A stretch of DNA of 64,000 nucleotides from Pyrodictiaceae archaeon. Lineage in GTDB: Archaea > Thermoproteota > Thermoprotei_A > Sulfolobales > Pyrodictiaceae. The first letter of the stretch is position 1; every line of letters starts with the position of its first letter. The notes beneath the pieces are model-generated. The model saw only the letters and a program-made list of their open reading frames with translations, was not told the DNA's origin and ran no database searches. Below are positions 53,361 to 63,573 of this stretch, one piece after another. The stretch covers positions 256,001 through 320,000 of the forward strand of contig JALVSY010000016.1 of assembly GCA_027036135.1 (NCBI GenBank). The letters are read 5' to 3'. A program made the position numbers and the translations under genes.

Positions 53361-54079
53361 TAGGGGAAGTGCTCCGTTACTACTGATAGACTCCTAGTTA
53401 TTGTTATCCGTGTCCCCGTCTTTGCCTCGCAGTACTTGTCGGGGTAGTTCTTGGCAACGTATCTCTTAGCTTGCCAACCACTGCAGTGCATCGGGCAAAT
53501 ATACCTAGCTATCCTAGCCAGGTTATCGAGCTGCCTCGGAGAGGGCTCGTGGAACCCACCTATGATGAGTAGCACCGGTAACCCAGTTATCTCGTGCAAG
53601 CGCTGAGTTAGACGATCGACGCCGGGGTGGCTACACCCAACAACCACAATTAGCCAGCCAGCCGCCTCGAAACCTAATGCTTGCTCATAGAAACCACTCC
53701 ACGCCTCAAGGGGCCCGCTCAGCCAGAACCCGGGCGCAACCTTTAGCGGCTCCTCGACTATGACAAAGTCGAGTTGGAGTCCATGGGCCCAGCTAAGATC
53801 GCCTGGAGGCACGTAGACTCGTAGCCCGGGGCGTCTTGCAGCAACCGCGCTAAACCCGCCATAATGGTCTCCATGATGATGGCTAAGGACAGCGAAGTCC
53901 AGTTTACTGAGATCAACGCCTAGGATCCTAGAATTCCTATCAATAACCGTCGGTGAAGTATCTGCGTCGAATAGTACCCGGTAGCCCTTGGCCTCTATGT
54001 AGAGGCTCCATCCCCACTCATTCAATAACCCAATAGAGCCAGCATTATCGTTGAGGACAACCATCTGTGCTAGGGCCAC
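53357..54079 (-). CDS. MBL-fold hydrolase (COG1237-like)
   Basis: WGWS..IE, LFD, SHHHGDH.GG, GCSHPG, GGFH, P.HCSG. Confidence 0.85.
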   Translation of the reverse strand: MALAQMVVLNDNAGSIGLLNEWGWSLYIEAKGYRVLFDADTSPTVIDRNSRILGVDLSKLDFAVLSHHHGDHYGGFSAVAARRPGLRVYVPPGDLSWAHGLQLDFVIVEEPLKVAPGFWLSGPLEAWSGFYEQALGFEAAGWLIVVVGCSHPGVDRLTQRLHEITGLPVLLIIGGFHEPSPRQLDNLARIARYICPMHCSGWQAKRYVAKNYPDKYCEAKTGTRITITRSLSVVTEHFPY

Positions 54080-54170
54080 TGAGGGTCCTAGTAATACGTA
54101 TATAATGAGAACTAGGTTATATTTAACTCTCCGCGACGCAAAAATCCCTGTAATAGGGCCCCGGGCGTGG

Positions 54171-54440
54171 CTAGCCTAGCCGCTCCTCAACCTCCCTGTC
54201 AAGAACAATCAGGTTACCGCACTTATCCCGAATACTCTTAACAAACTCAATACCCTTATCAACATCCTCGAAGACTAAGGTGTATAGATAACGAGGAGTC
54301 CTCGCCTTAACCTTTAATACACGTATTCTTCTACGACCCTCCTCCGTCTCAACCCGTCTATAGCCCAGCTTAACTCTACATTCCGAAGCCCGCTCTAGTA
54401 CCTTTAAGAACTCGTCTTCGCTCCTAAGCTCCACCGGCAT
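54171..54440 (-). CDS. rpl38e: 50S ribosomal protein L38e
   Basis: MP.EL....EF....RA..CRVK...KVKARTPRYLYTL. Confidence 0.8.
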   Translation of the reverse strand: MPVELRSEDEFLKVLERASECRVKLGYRRVETEEGRRRIRVLKVKARTPRYLYTLVFEDVDKGIEFVKSIRDKCGNLIVLDREVEERLG

Positions 54441-54622
54441 CTCCTGGAAACCCCCACCACCGCGACAGTACACAAGCCTCTATAAGCATACTGCCCCTAT
54501 ACCAATAGCGTCGCGCTACCTCAGTTTAATCCAGGCAAGCCAGTGTCCACGGTGCTCACACGGAGATAAGAGAGAAAAACCCTAGACGGGAACCTATGTA
54601 TAACAAACATACATGGCTGGGT

Positions 54623-54731
54623 GGGCCCGTCGTCTAGCTTGGTAGGATGCGGGGTACTCAGCCCCGTGTATGGCGCGGGCTGAGCCCGACTCGGGACCCC
54701 GTGGTCCCGGGTTCGAATCCCGGCGGGCCCA
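54623..54731 (+). tRNA. tRNA-Pro(CGG) with 35-nt intron at 32/33 (54656-54690)
   Basis: GGGCCCG/CGGGCCC acceptor; BHB: CGGG/CCCG central helix, bulges GT|A and AC|T, intron stem CTCAGCCC/GGGCTGAG; spliced arm CGGGG-TTCGGGA-CCCCG; CCA not encoded. Confidence 0.92.
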
Positions 54732-54909
54732 TCACCTCTTCTCTTTTTAAATCGCGAAGAATGTTTCCTGCTTCTTAGGGCGTTATAATTGTTATAATTG
54801 TTTTGCTCAAATCTTTTATGATAATAGTTTATTTATAGTGGGATACAAACACTAATTAAGAGGAAACGACATAAATACTATACGGAGGTCTTAGAGTGGG
54901 CGGTACCGA

Positions 54910-56100
54910 ATGGTGGAGCAGAAGCCCGCGTTAAAAAAGGAGGAGAAGAGGACCGAGCCCCAATATATACGCATTCCTAAGGGTTGTGCTAATGTCATAG
55001 TGGATACGAGTAAGATATCATATGTTGACCCGAAGGGTCAAATAACTATAATACGTGGATATAGGATAGACGATCTAGGCAGGCACGCGAGCTTCGAAGA
55101 GGCAGCTTACCTTGTTCTCTTTGGTAAGCTTCCGTGCGAGGATGAGCTAAGAGAGTTTAGCAAGAAGCTTAACTCTGAGAGATGGGTACCAGTTAAGGTG
55201 ATAGATGCTCTTAAGCAGATTCCCCCCTTCGCTCACCCTATGTTCTATGGCTCGTATGGCTTACTTCTCCTTGGCATGTACGACCCGGACGCCGGGGACT
55301 TGAGCATAGACAAGCTATATGAGAGAGCTATCCGTATCATAGCTAAGCTTCCACTCCTATTCATAAATGGGTGGTTTCTCTCCCGCTATGGGCGCATGAT
55401 TGAGCCGGATAGGTCGCTCAATCACGCAGAGGATGTCCTTAGGATGATACGTGGCGGGGACATGCCGACTGATGTTGAGGCCAGGGCTTTTGAGTCAAGC
55501 CTTGTCCTTTACATGGATCATGGCTTCAATGCATCAACATTCACTACAAGAGTAATAGCCTCAACTCTGAGCGATATGTACTCGGCAATAGCAGGCGCTA
55601 TAGGCGCGCTCAAAGGCCCGCTACATGGCGGTGCTAACCAGAGGGCAATAGAGATGATGCTCGAGATAGGCTCGTCGGAGAACGCTAGGTGGTATGTCGA
55701 GCAGAAGCTTAAGTGCCACGAGAAGATAATGGGCTTCGGTCATCGCGTCTACAAGCTCCACGATCCAAGGACAGATGTGCTACGTGAGTGGCTAGAAAAG
55801 CTAGCAGAGACAAGCGCTGAGGCAAAGAAGTTCCTTGATATGATAAACGAGCTGGAGAAGACCATGTGGGAGCTAAAGAGAATACCAAGCAATATAGACC
55901 TCTACACCGGCGCGCTATACTATCTGCTCAAGATACCAAAGGAGTTCTATACACCAATATTTGCAATAGGGAGAGTTGTTGGATGGACAGCACACTACAT
56001 AGAGCAAGTGACTAATAATAAGATAATAAGGCCCAAGGAGGACTACGATGGTCCCAAAGGCCTCGTCTATAAGTCTCTGGAGGAGCGCTGCAAGAGATAG
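54910..56100 (+). CDS. gltA: Citrate synthase
   Basis: DHGFNASTF, GPLHGGAN, MGFGHRVYK..DPR, NID.Y, R..GW.AH. Confidence 0.95.
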   Translation: MVEQKPALKKEEKRTEPQYIRIPKGCANVIVDTSKISYVDPKGQITIIRGYRIDDLGRHASFEEAAYLVLFGKLPCEDELREFSKKLNSERWVPVKVIDALKQIPPFAHPMFYGSYGLLLLGMYDPDAGDLSIDKLYERAIRIIAKLPLLFINGWFLSRYGRMIEPDRSLNHAEDVLRMIRGGDMPTDVEARAFESSLVLYMDHGFNASTFTTRVIASTLSDMYSAIAGAIGALKGPLHGGANQRAIEMMLEIGSSENARWYVEQKLKCHEKIMGFGHRVYKLHDPRTDVLREWLEKLAETSAEAKKFLDMINELEKTMWELKRIPSNIDLYTGALYYLLKIPKEFYTPIFAIGRVVGWTAHYIEQVTNNKIIRPKEDYDGPKGLVYKSLEERCKR

Positions 56101-56296
56101 AGCTAAACAAGCTCTTTTTCACCCCTATCTTATTTCTAATATTCTCTTAACCAATGAAAATTGATTTATTTTTCATAAAAATCGCTGATATCCTTCTTAT
56201 CTCTTCTTAGGGTGCTAAGGAGCTTAAGGAGGAGAGTTTTAGAAGGAGTAAAATGCTGCCCGTGCAATCCATTAATAAAAGTTTTTGGTAAATGGA

Positions 56297-57610
56297 TTAG
56301 GCTTCTCTTATATAGTCTATCAGTACTTGTGTGTACTCGCTTGTTTTAAGTGGTTTTACTCCTGGCATGTGTCTTGTCAGGTCTTGTGTTACTTTCTTCT
56401 CCTTTATTGCGCGCTTAATAGCCGCTATTATCATGTCTGCTGCTTCTCTCCATCCGAGTATGTGCTTGATTAGTAATGTGCCGCTTAGGATCTCTGCTGT
56501 CGGGTTAGCTAGGTCTTTACCAGCGTATTTTGGTGCTGTACCGTGTACTGGCTCGGCTACCGCCATGTAGTCCCCAGCATTCATTCCTGCTGCCATACCT
56601 ATGCCTCCGACTAGGGCGTTTGCCTCATCGCTTATGTAGTCCCCGTTAACATTTGGTGCTACTATTACTTCGTAGTCCCAGGGCCTCGTTATTATCTGTT
56701 GAAGCATGTTATCGGCTATCCTATCATTTACCAGTATCTTGCCCTCAGGTAGTTTTCCGCCATACTTGCTGTATAGCTCGTCTTCCGTGACGACGTAGTC
56801 GCGGAACTCCGTTGTCGCGACCTCGTATGCCCAGTACCGGAAGGCGCCCTCCGTATACTTCATGATATTGCCCTTGTGCATTATTGTTACTATCTTGTTC
56901 TTGTTGTCTATAGCCCACCGGAGAGCTTTTCTCATGAGCCTCTGGCTAGCGAACCTCGATATCGGCTTAATGCCTATGCCCGCGTCCTCGCGTAGCTCTA
57001 TACCGAACTCCTTTTTCAAGAACTCACGTAGCTTCTTGGCTTCTGGGCTATCAGCTGGCCACTCTATCCCGGCGTATAAGTCCTCCGTGTTCTCCCTAAA
57101 TATTACGAAGTTATCGTGCTCGGCGTAGCAATGGGGAGCTGGCTGGCCGAAGTAGAATACTGGCCTAATGTTGGCATATAGGTCTAGGGCCTTCCTTATA
57201 GCGACGTTAAGGCTACGGTAGCCACCGCCAACCGGTGTCTCTAGGGGCCCTTTGAGAGCCACAAGCGTGTACCTTATGCCGTTAAGCGTGTCCTCCGGCA
57301 AGAGCTCACCATAGATTTTCATAGCCTTGTGCCCGGCGTAGAGCTCCCACCAAATTATCTTCCTCTTTCCACCATAGGCCTTCTCAACGGCTGCATCAAT
57401 TACCTTGCGTGCAGCTATTACTATCTCGGGGCCTATTCCATCCCCCTCTATGTAGGCTACAATAGGTTTATCGGGGACCACTAGCCTGCCATTGACCACT
57501 TTTATTCGCTCGCCTTCCTCAGGCGGCTTAACCTTCGAGAAACGTGGCTCAAAATCCGTAACCGAATCGTACTCGGCCAAAAACGGGTCACCCTTCTTTT
57601 CTCCAAGCAT
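56297..57610 (-). CDS. icd: Isocitrate dehydrogenase (NADP)
   Basis: EGDGIGPE, KGPLETPVGGGYRSLNV, RENTED, HKGNIMK.TEG, HGTAPKYAG. Confidence 0.96.
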   Translation of the reverse strand: MLGEKKGDPFLAEYDSVTDFEPRFSKVKPPEEGERIKVVNGRLVVPDKPIVAYIEGDGIGPEIVIAARKVIDAAVEKAYGGKRKIIWWELYAGHKAMKIYGELLPEDTLNGIRYTLVALKGPLETPVGGGYRSLNVAIRKALDLYANIRPVFYFGQPAPHCYAEHDNFVIFRENTEDLYAGIEWPADSPEAKKLREFLKKEFGIELREDAGIGIKPISRFASQRLMRKALRWAIDNKNKIVTIMHKGNIMKYTEGAFRYWAYEVATTEFRDYVVTEDELYSKYGGKLPEGKILVNDRIADNMLQQIITRPWDYEVIVAPNVNGDYISDEANALVGGIGMAAGMNAGDYMAVAEPVHGTAPKYAGKDLANPTAEILSGTLLIKHILGWREAADMIIAAIKRAIKEKKVTQDLTRHMPGVKPLKTSEYTQVLIDYIREA

Positions 57611-57748
57611 ATCAAACTAAGTTGATAGATTAATAGTGTTTTTACCCGGCCTACAGGTAGACCATTTGTACGTTTCAACGCAACTAGTTTGATAAACCCC
57701 GTTGATACCCAAAAGTACTTGAAAGAGGTACTGAGGTGCAACGTAGGG

Positions 57749-60469
57749 TTGTCTAGTTCTTTTAATGTCAAGGAGCTTCTTGACTCGCCTCTTGGCAGGG
57801 TCGCTGTTTATCGCCTTGACCGCCTCGAGGAGCTAGGGCTCACCAGGATAGACAAGCTCCCCTACATCATAAGGGTATTGTTAGAGAATATCCTCAGAAA
57901 CTTTGATGACAAAACAATAACCGAGGAGGATGTAAGGGCAGTAGCGTCATGGCCTAGCGGTGCGGGATCAAAGGTAATTCCATTTATGCCTTCTCGTGCA
58001 ATACTCCAGGACTATACTGGTGTTCCCGCCGTAGTAGACCTAGCCGCTATGAGGGATGTAGTGGCAGAGTTTGGGTGCAACCCGCGCATAATTGATACAC
58101 ACATACCCGCTCATCTAATAATTGATCATAGCATAAGTGTTGACTACTTCGGTACATCCTATGCGCTATACAAGAACATGGAGCTCGAGTTCAAGCGCTA
58201 CCGGGAGAGGTACCGTGTCCTCAAGTGGGCTCAGCAAGCCTTCGCTAACCTAAAGGTCGTTCCCCCGGGTAAGGGCATTATACACCAGATAAACATGGAG
58301 TACCTAGCAAAGGTAATCATGTTATCGGAGAAGAATGGCGAGAGAATAGCCTACCCCGATAGCGTTATCGGCGCGGACTCGCACACCACCATGATCAACG
58401 GTATAGGGGTTCTTGGCTGGGGAGCTGGTGGCATCGAAGTAGAGGCAGTGATGCTGGGGCAGCCCTACTACATGATCTTACCAGAGGTAATAGGCGTAAA
58501 GCTCGTCGGCGAACCAAGAGAGGGCGTGACTCCTACCGATATAGTTCTTGCTATAACTGAGTTTCTTAGGAGGAAGGCAGACACTGTCGGCAAGTTCGTG
58601 GAGTTCTATGGCCCCGGGCTCAAGTACTTCCTAGCCTTCGATAGAGCGACTATAGCCAACATGGCACCCGAATACGGGAGCACGACAGGATTCTTCCCCG
58701 TCGACGAGGAAACACTCGCATTCCTAAGACTTACTGGCAGAGACCCCGACTACGTACGCTTCGTTGAATGGTATACCAAGCTACAGCACCTATTCTACGA
58801 TGAGGAAACAGAGCCCGAGTATAGCGTCAAGCTCGAATTCGACCTATCCAGCGTTGAGCCCTCGATTGCTGGCCCGGCACACCCCGATGAAAGGGTACCG
58901 ATAAGGGAGGCAAGGAAGAGGTTCCAAGAGATACTCTCAAAGTACTTGGAGGAAGCCAAGAGGAAGGGCATCGAGGTTTCAGAGAAGGGAGTAAAGCTAA
59001 CATTCGATGGGAGCGAGTACGAGGTCCCGCACGGCGCGGTCGTTATCGCCGCGATAACTAGCTGCACTAATACCTCAAACCCCCATGTCATGATAGGAGC
59101 AGGCCTCGTTGCCAAAAAAGCTGTAGAGAAGGGCTTGGATAGGAAGCCATGGGTTAAGACAAGCCTATCGCCTGGTAGCCGTGTCGTAGTAGAGTATCTG
59201 CGTCAGTCAGGGCTTGCTCAGTATCTCGAGGCTCTAGGCTTCCACGTAGTCGGATTCGGGTGCATGACCTGCATAGGTAACAGCGGGCCCCTAATACCAC
59301 AAGTCGAGAAAGCGATTAAGGAACAAGGCTTGTTCGCCGTCTCGGTGCTAAGCGGTAACAGAAACTTCCTGGGAAGAACACATCCACTAACACGGGGCAA
59401 CTTCCTCGCCTCACCAATGCTCGTTGTAACCTATGCCCTCAAGGGCTCAATAGACTGGGACCCCGAGAAGGAACCAATAGGCTACGACCCCAACGGCGAG
59501 CCCGTCTACCTCAAGGACATATGGCCCAGCACGGCCGAGATAAAGAAGATGATAAGGGAGTACATAAGCCCCGAGCTATACAAGAAAATCTACAAAGACA
59601 TATACAAGGGCACTAAGCAGTGGGAGGAACTAGAGGCCCCAAGCGGCGACCTCTACGCATGGGACCCGGCGTCAACCTTCATACAGAAACCGCCATTCTT
59701 CGAAGGCTTCACACTAGAGCCGCCAAAGCCAAAGGACATCATAGGCGCAAGAGTACTAGTAATGATGGGAGACAAGGTAACAACAGACCACATCTCGCCA
59801 GCAGGCCCTATACCCGTCGATAGCCCGGCTGGGAAGTACCTCTTAGAGCATGGCGTCAAGCCCTCCGAGTTCGGAACCTATGGTGCACGTAGAGGCAACC
59901 ACGAGGTAATGATGCGCGGAACGTTCGCTAACCCAAGGATAAGGAACCTCCTCGTTGACAGAGAGGGAGGCTACACAATATACTGGCCAACCGGGGAGGT
60001 AATGACGGTCTACGAGGCAGCAATGCGGTACAAGGAGCAAGGAATCCCACTAATAGTCATAGCTGGGAAACGGTACGGAGCTGGAAGCAGTAGGGATTGG
60101 GCAGCCAAGGGCCCCTACCTCCTCGGCGTCAAAGCAGTGATAGCCGAGAGCTTTGAGAGAATACATAGAAGCAACCTAGTAGGCATGGGTATTCTCCCCT
60201 TACAGTTCATGCCAGGCCAGAACGCAAAGACCCTCGGTCTTCGAGGAGACGAGGTATACGACATTATAGGCATAAGTGAGGGCCTCGAGCCCCACAAGAA
60301 GCTACACGTCATAGCCCGGAGACCAGATGGCACAAAGATAGAGTTCGATGTAATAGCGAGGCTCGATAACTGGGTAGAGGTCGAGTACTACAAGCATGGC
60401 GGAATACTACACTACGTGCTAAGAAATACTATAAAGAAGTGCCTCGAGAACAAAAAGAAAGAAAAGTAA
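57749..60469 (+). CDS. acnA: Aconitate hydratase A
   Basis: QDYTGVP, DHS, DSHT, AITSCTNTS, GCMTCIGNSG, TTDHISPAG, GSSRDWAAKG; TTG 57749 follows GAGGTG RBS. Confidence 0.96.
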   Translation: MSSSFNVKELLDSPLGRVAVYRLDRLEELGLTRIDKLPYIIRVLLENILRNFDDKTITEEDVRAVASWPSGAGSKVIPFMPSRAILQDYTGVPAVVDLAAMRDVVAEFGCNPRIIDTHIPAHLIIDHSISVDYFGTSYALYKNMELEFKRYRERYRVLKWAQQAFANLKVVPPGKGIIHQINMEYLAKVIMLSEKNGERIAYPDSVIGADSHTTMINGIGVLGWGAGGIEVEAVMLGQPYYMILPEVIGVKLVGEPREGVTPTDIVLAITEFLRRKADTVGKFVEFYGPGLKYFLAFDRATIANMAPEYGSTTGFFPVDEETLAFLRLTGRDPDYVRFVEWYTKLQHLFYDEETEPEYSVKLEFDLSSVEPSIAGPAHPDERVPIREARKRFQEILSKYLEEAKRKGIEVSEKGVKLTFDGSEYEVPHGAVVIAAITSCTNTSNPHVMIGAGLVAKKAVEKGLDRKPWVKTSLSPGSRVVVEYLRQSGLAQYLEALGFHVVGFGCMTCIGNSGPLIPQVEKAIKEQGLFAVSVLSGNRNFLGRTHPLTRGNFLASPMLVVTYALKGSIDWDPEKEPIGYDPNGEPVYLKDIWPSTAEIKKMIREYISPELYKKIYKDIYKGTKQWEELEAPSGDLYAWDPASTFIQKPPFFEGFTLEPPKPKDIIGARVLVMMGDKVTTDHISPAGPIPVDSPAGKYLLEHGVKPSEFGTYGARRGNHEVMMRGTFANPRIRNLLVDREGGYTIYWPTGEVMTVYEAAMRYKEQGIPLIVIAGKRYGAGSSRDWAAKGPYLLGVKAVIAESFERIHRSNLVGMGILPLQFMPGQNAKTLGLRGDEVYDIIGISEGLEPHKKLHVIARRPDGTKIEFDVIARLDNWVEVEYYKHGGILHYVLRNTIKKCLENKKKEK

Positions 60470-60617
60470 ACAAAACGAAGATTTTCAACACCATAACCCC
60501 CGGTTCTATTTGCTTTAGATACTGATTAAGAGTTATAATCATACCCCTCCTTTTCGTCTCGGGGCTTATATCTCTGGTAAGAAGCCCTAGCTCCTTACAA
60601 CGGGGTGCTGTAGAGAT

Positions 60618-61346
60618 TTGCCAGTAGTATCAGAGAAACTACTCACGCCAGTAGACATAATTGTTGACTCGCGGGAAGCAGCAAAGAACAGGGATATTGT
60701 TGAGAAGCTTCGCGCGAGAGGAGTTAGAGTAGCGGTTATGGAGCTAGAGGCAGGCGACTACTATCTCCTCGCCCGTGAGGCCTCGAAGGCGCTTCTCGTT
60801 GAGCGTAAAACTGTTCTCGACTTCGCTAATAGTGTGCGCGATAACAGGGTATGGGACCAGGCTAAGCGCTTATCTGAGGCAGCTCGCCGTGATGGGGTTC
60901 GCCCAGTAATAATTCTCGAGGGATGGCTTGGTCTCATAGAGAAGAGGACTAGGTGGAATATAGCAGCGATACTCAGGATACTTGACGAACTCGTTCTTGA
61001 CTGGGGTATACCGGTCATACCAACACATAACAAGGAGTCCACAGCTGCTTGGCTCGCGGCGAAGGCTAAGGCCCTTGGGCGTACAGAGGAGAAGCGTGTA
61101 GCTAGGCTGCGTGTCGAGAAGAAGCCTCTCAGCCTTAACGATAGGATACTTTACGTTACCGAGGGCCTTGTCGGTCCTGTGTTAGCGAGGCGGCTTTTAA
61201 GGCACTTTGGCACATTGAGGAATATAGCTAACGCGAGCGTCGCTGAGCTAATGAAGGTTGAGGGTATAGGTGAGGTAAGGGCGAGGGAAATTTATGCAAT
61301 ATTCAATACGTCCTGGAAACCAGATAGGAAGGATGAGGAGGAATAA
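60618..61346 (+). CDS. xpf: XPF/ERCC4 structure-specific endonuclease (crenarchaeal short form)
   Basis: VDSRE, GDY, VERKT..D, C-terminal HhH2 (GLVGP, VEGIG). Confidence 0.93.
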   Translation: MPVVSEKLLTPVDIIVDSREAAKNRDIVEKLRARGVRVAVMELEAGDYYLLAREASKALLVERKTVLDFANSVRDNRVWDQAKRLSEAARRDGVRPVIILEGWLGLIEKRTRWNIAAILRILDELVLDWGIPVIPTHNKESTAAWLAAKAKALGRTEEKRVARLRVEKKPLSLNDRILYVTEGLVGPVLARRLLRHFGTLRNIANASVAELMKVEGIGEVRAREIYAIFNTSWKPDRKDEEE

Positions 61347-61406
61347 GTATTATTTCCTGCGAGAAAAACCCAACTCTATACCATGTATGAGTTAAGGGTA
61401 ATGGGG

Positions 61407-61652
61407 TTACTCCTGTATTTCCTCCATGTGTATTATCGAGACTGGGCAGCTCTCAACAGCTGACTGTACACAGTCCTTGAGGTCCTCTGGGACGACGCCC
61501 TCGGCTACATTGTTTGGATCAGTGCGCCACTTGGCTACTATCTGGCTCTTTCCGTCCTCCTCGCTCATCTCGAATACGTCGGGGCAGAGGCTTACACATA
61601 CCATGTCAGCGATGCATTGGTCTCGGTCGATCCAGACGCGAATCTTCGCCAA
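61407..61652 (-). CDS. Single-cluster ferredoxin (CxxDxxC...CP)
   Basis: CIADMVCVSLCP ... SCPVSII; TTG 61652 after GGTGA RBS. Confidence 0.88.
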   Translation of the reverse strand: MAKIRVWIDRDQCIADMVCVSLCPDVFEMSEEDGKSQIVAKWRTDPNNVAEGVVPEDLKDCVQSAVESCPVSIIHMEEIQE

Positions 61653-61768
61653 GTCTTCTTCACCGTGGTAGAAGTATTGTGATGGAGAGGGTTTTAAGTC
61701 CTTCCTTTCCCTCATCCGGGATATTGTAGTATACTCAGTGTTACTTTTACGCATGTTAAAGTTTCTTT

Positions 61769-62383
61769 TCAGCAAATCTTCTTCAACAAAAACAAGGCGC
61801 CACCATCTGCCTCAAAGCGCTCAGCGCAATCCTCCAGCACGCAGAGCCCAACCAAGGCAGCGATAATAGCATCCCTCTCATGTTTACTAAGCCTCTTCTC
61901 AATGTTGGTTACCCTGAGTCGTTCTAGGAGTACTCTTAACGAGCACCCGCTCAGCCTCAGTGCACTCCATGGATGAGTCTCGTAAACAGAGACCCCTAGT
62001 TGCCGCAATCTGGCAGCAAGCTCAATGGCTCTCTCAACGAGCATCCTCATAGCGGGCATTGTTAGAGGTAAGAGCCTAGCTCCCCTCCTAATAGCTTCTA
62101 GCTCTACCTTGCGGAAAGCAGCTCCTCTAGGCGGAAAGGAGAGGGGAGCATCAATAACTACTATCGAGCTATCAGTCGATGCTACAACATCTAATACTTC
62201 GTCATCGGTGTATACATGCCCTATAGCTAAGAACCTCCTCTCCCTAACATCAAGTACAGCTACTCCAGTGGGATTAGAAGACTTGGCTGCAAGGTCTACT
62301 CCCGTAACGCGCTGCATCCCCCAAGAGACCTCAACGCGTTTATGACAAGGGTTTGTGCATGCCTCAGCCTTATGCCCGGCCAT
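61769..62383 (-). CDS. DUF429 (RNase H-like) protein
   Basis: GVDLA, IDAPLS, R..E, ETHP, HERDA. Confidence 0.85.
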   Translation of the reverse strand: MAGHKAEACTNPCHKRVEVSWGMQRVTGVDLAAKSSNPTGVAVLDVRERRFLAIGHVYTDDEVLDVVASTDSSIVVIDAPLSFPPRGAAFRKVELEAIRRGARLLPLTMPAMRMLVERAIELAARLRQLGVSVYETHPWSALRLSGCSLRVLLERLRVTNIEKRLSKHERDAIIAALVGLCVLEDCAERFEADGGALFLLKKIC

Positions 62384-63291
62384 ATAGCGGAGAGAATTCT
62401 CTTAAGTAGGCCAAGGTTGAGTGGCGCTCCAGCAGCTCTCGGGTGACCACCTCCCCCAAGGGCATAGGCTAGTCGTTGTACATTGACGCTGATTGAGCGA
62501 AGGCTGAGGCCCGTACCCCGCTTCCTAACTATGACTGCGATGTCTGCTTGGTAGCGATACAAGAGACTATTTCCAAGTATACTTGTATTAGGTGGTCCTG
62601 GTTCCTTCAATACAAAGACTACTCTGCATCCATCTATCTCTAATAAGCGGGCTCGCCGTAAATTCTTCTCAAAGCCCTCAAGCTCCCGCCTCACATACTC
62701 ATCAAGCGCCTCGTCTAACTCGGGCCACCACAGAGAACCCTCCGAGAAGCCCTTCACGAGTCTGCGCCGCCATTCATCAGCCTTCGCCCCCCTATACCTG
62801 CCCACGACACGGTAGAGCTTAGGTGCCCAGGGATCATCCCAGACCCAGAGATCAGCTGCACAAGTAGCGGAAACAAGTTTCTCAACGAACTCGTCTATCT
62901 CGGCGCCAAGCTCGCTAGGCGCATACCTAGCTACGACGCCTGCGGCACAGGTAGAGGTATCAACGTGTACCCTTACACCGAGGGATGTCAGCTCCTTTAT
63001 CCAGTCATCCCTCCACCTATGATGATCATACCACTCAACACCGACGCCTTGATCCCTAAGCTCCCGGAGCTTGTGCACAATATCGTTAAATGTACCAGCA
63101 TTAGGCCCGAGATCCATTATAGCTAGCCTCTTAGCGTCTCTTGGCAAATTGTTAAGAGTTTTATGAAGCTTATATGGCTCGGTAAATACTATATCGGTAT
63201 CCACGCCCAGCTCGCTGCCAAGCAATCGTAGATATATAGCAGCAGACGCTACACCGTCTAGATCAGTATGCGTCACTATGACGCTTCTCAT
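62296..63291 (-). CDS. DHH-family phosphoesterase with DHHA1 domain
   Basis: THTDLDG, D, DHH, SLRS, GGGGHPRAAG. Confidence 0.9.
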   Translation of the reverse strand: MRSVIVTHTDLDGVASAAIYLRLLGSELGVDTDIVFTEPYKLHKTLNNLPRDAKRLAIMDLGPNAGTFNDIVHKLRELRDQGVGVEWYDHHRWRDDWIKELTSLGVRVHVDTSTCAAGVVARYAPSELGAEIDEFVEKLVSATCAADLWVWDDPWAPKLYRVVGRYRGAKADEWRRRLVKGFSEGSLWWPELDEALDEYVRRELEGFEKNLRRARLLEIDGCRVVFVLKEPGPPNTSILGNSLLYRYQADIAVIVRKRGTGLSLRSISVNVQRLAYALGGGGHPRAAGAPLNLGLLKRILSAIWPGIRLRHAQTLVINALRSLGGCSALRE

Positions 63292-63404
63292 TCCGTACCC
63301 CTCCCCCTGGGTGGCGCAGCTCCTACGCAGTGACGTAACCTGGCTACTGTTATTCTACACGGTCTACGTGGTGAAGCTCCCCGGGGGTAATAGCTTAGCC
63401 TAGG

Positions 63405-63475
63405 AGCCTCAGTGACGCCGACCCCGCTCATAGCCTCTTAGCAAGGCTCTGCCTCGGTGTTCGTCATCACCGGCC
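63405..63475 (-). ncRNA. Box C/D sRNA
   Basis: Reverse strand: ggcc-g-GTGATGA (C)-CGAACACCGAGG-CAGA (D')-GCCTTGCTAAGAGGC hairpin-TATGA (C')-GCGGGGTCGGCGTCA-CTGA (D)-ggct. Confidence 0.8.
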
Positions 63476-63573
63476 TCTAGCAGGTGAATTAGAGTCGTCC
63501 TTCTCCTTAAGAATTATTACCCTTAGGGCTTAGAGCGGGTATAGAACCTAACTATTCATAGAGGCTGCTACAT

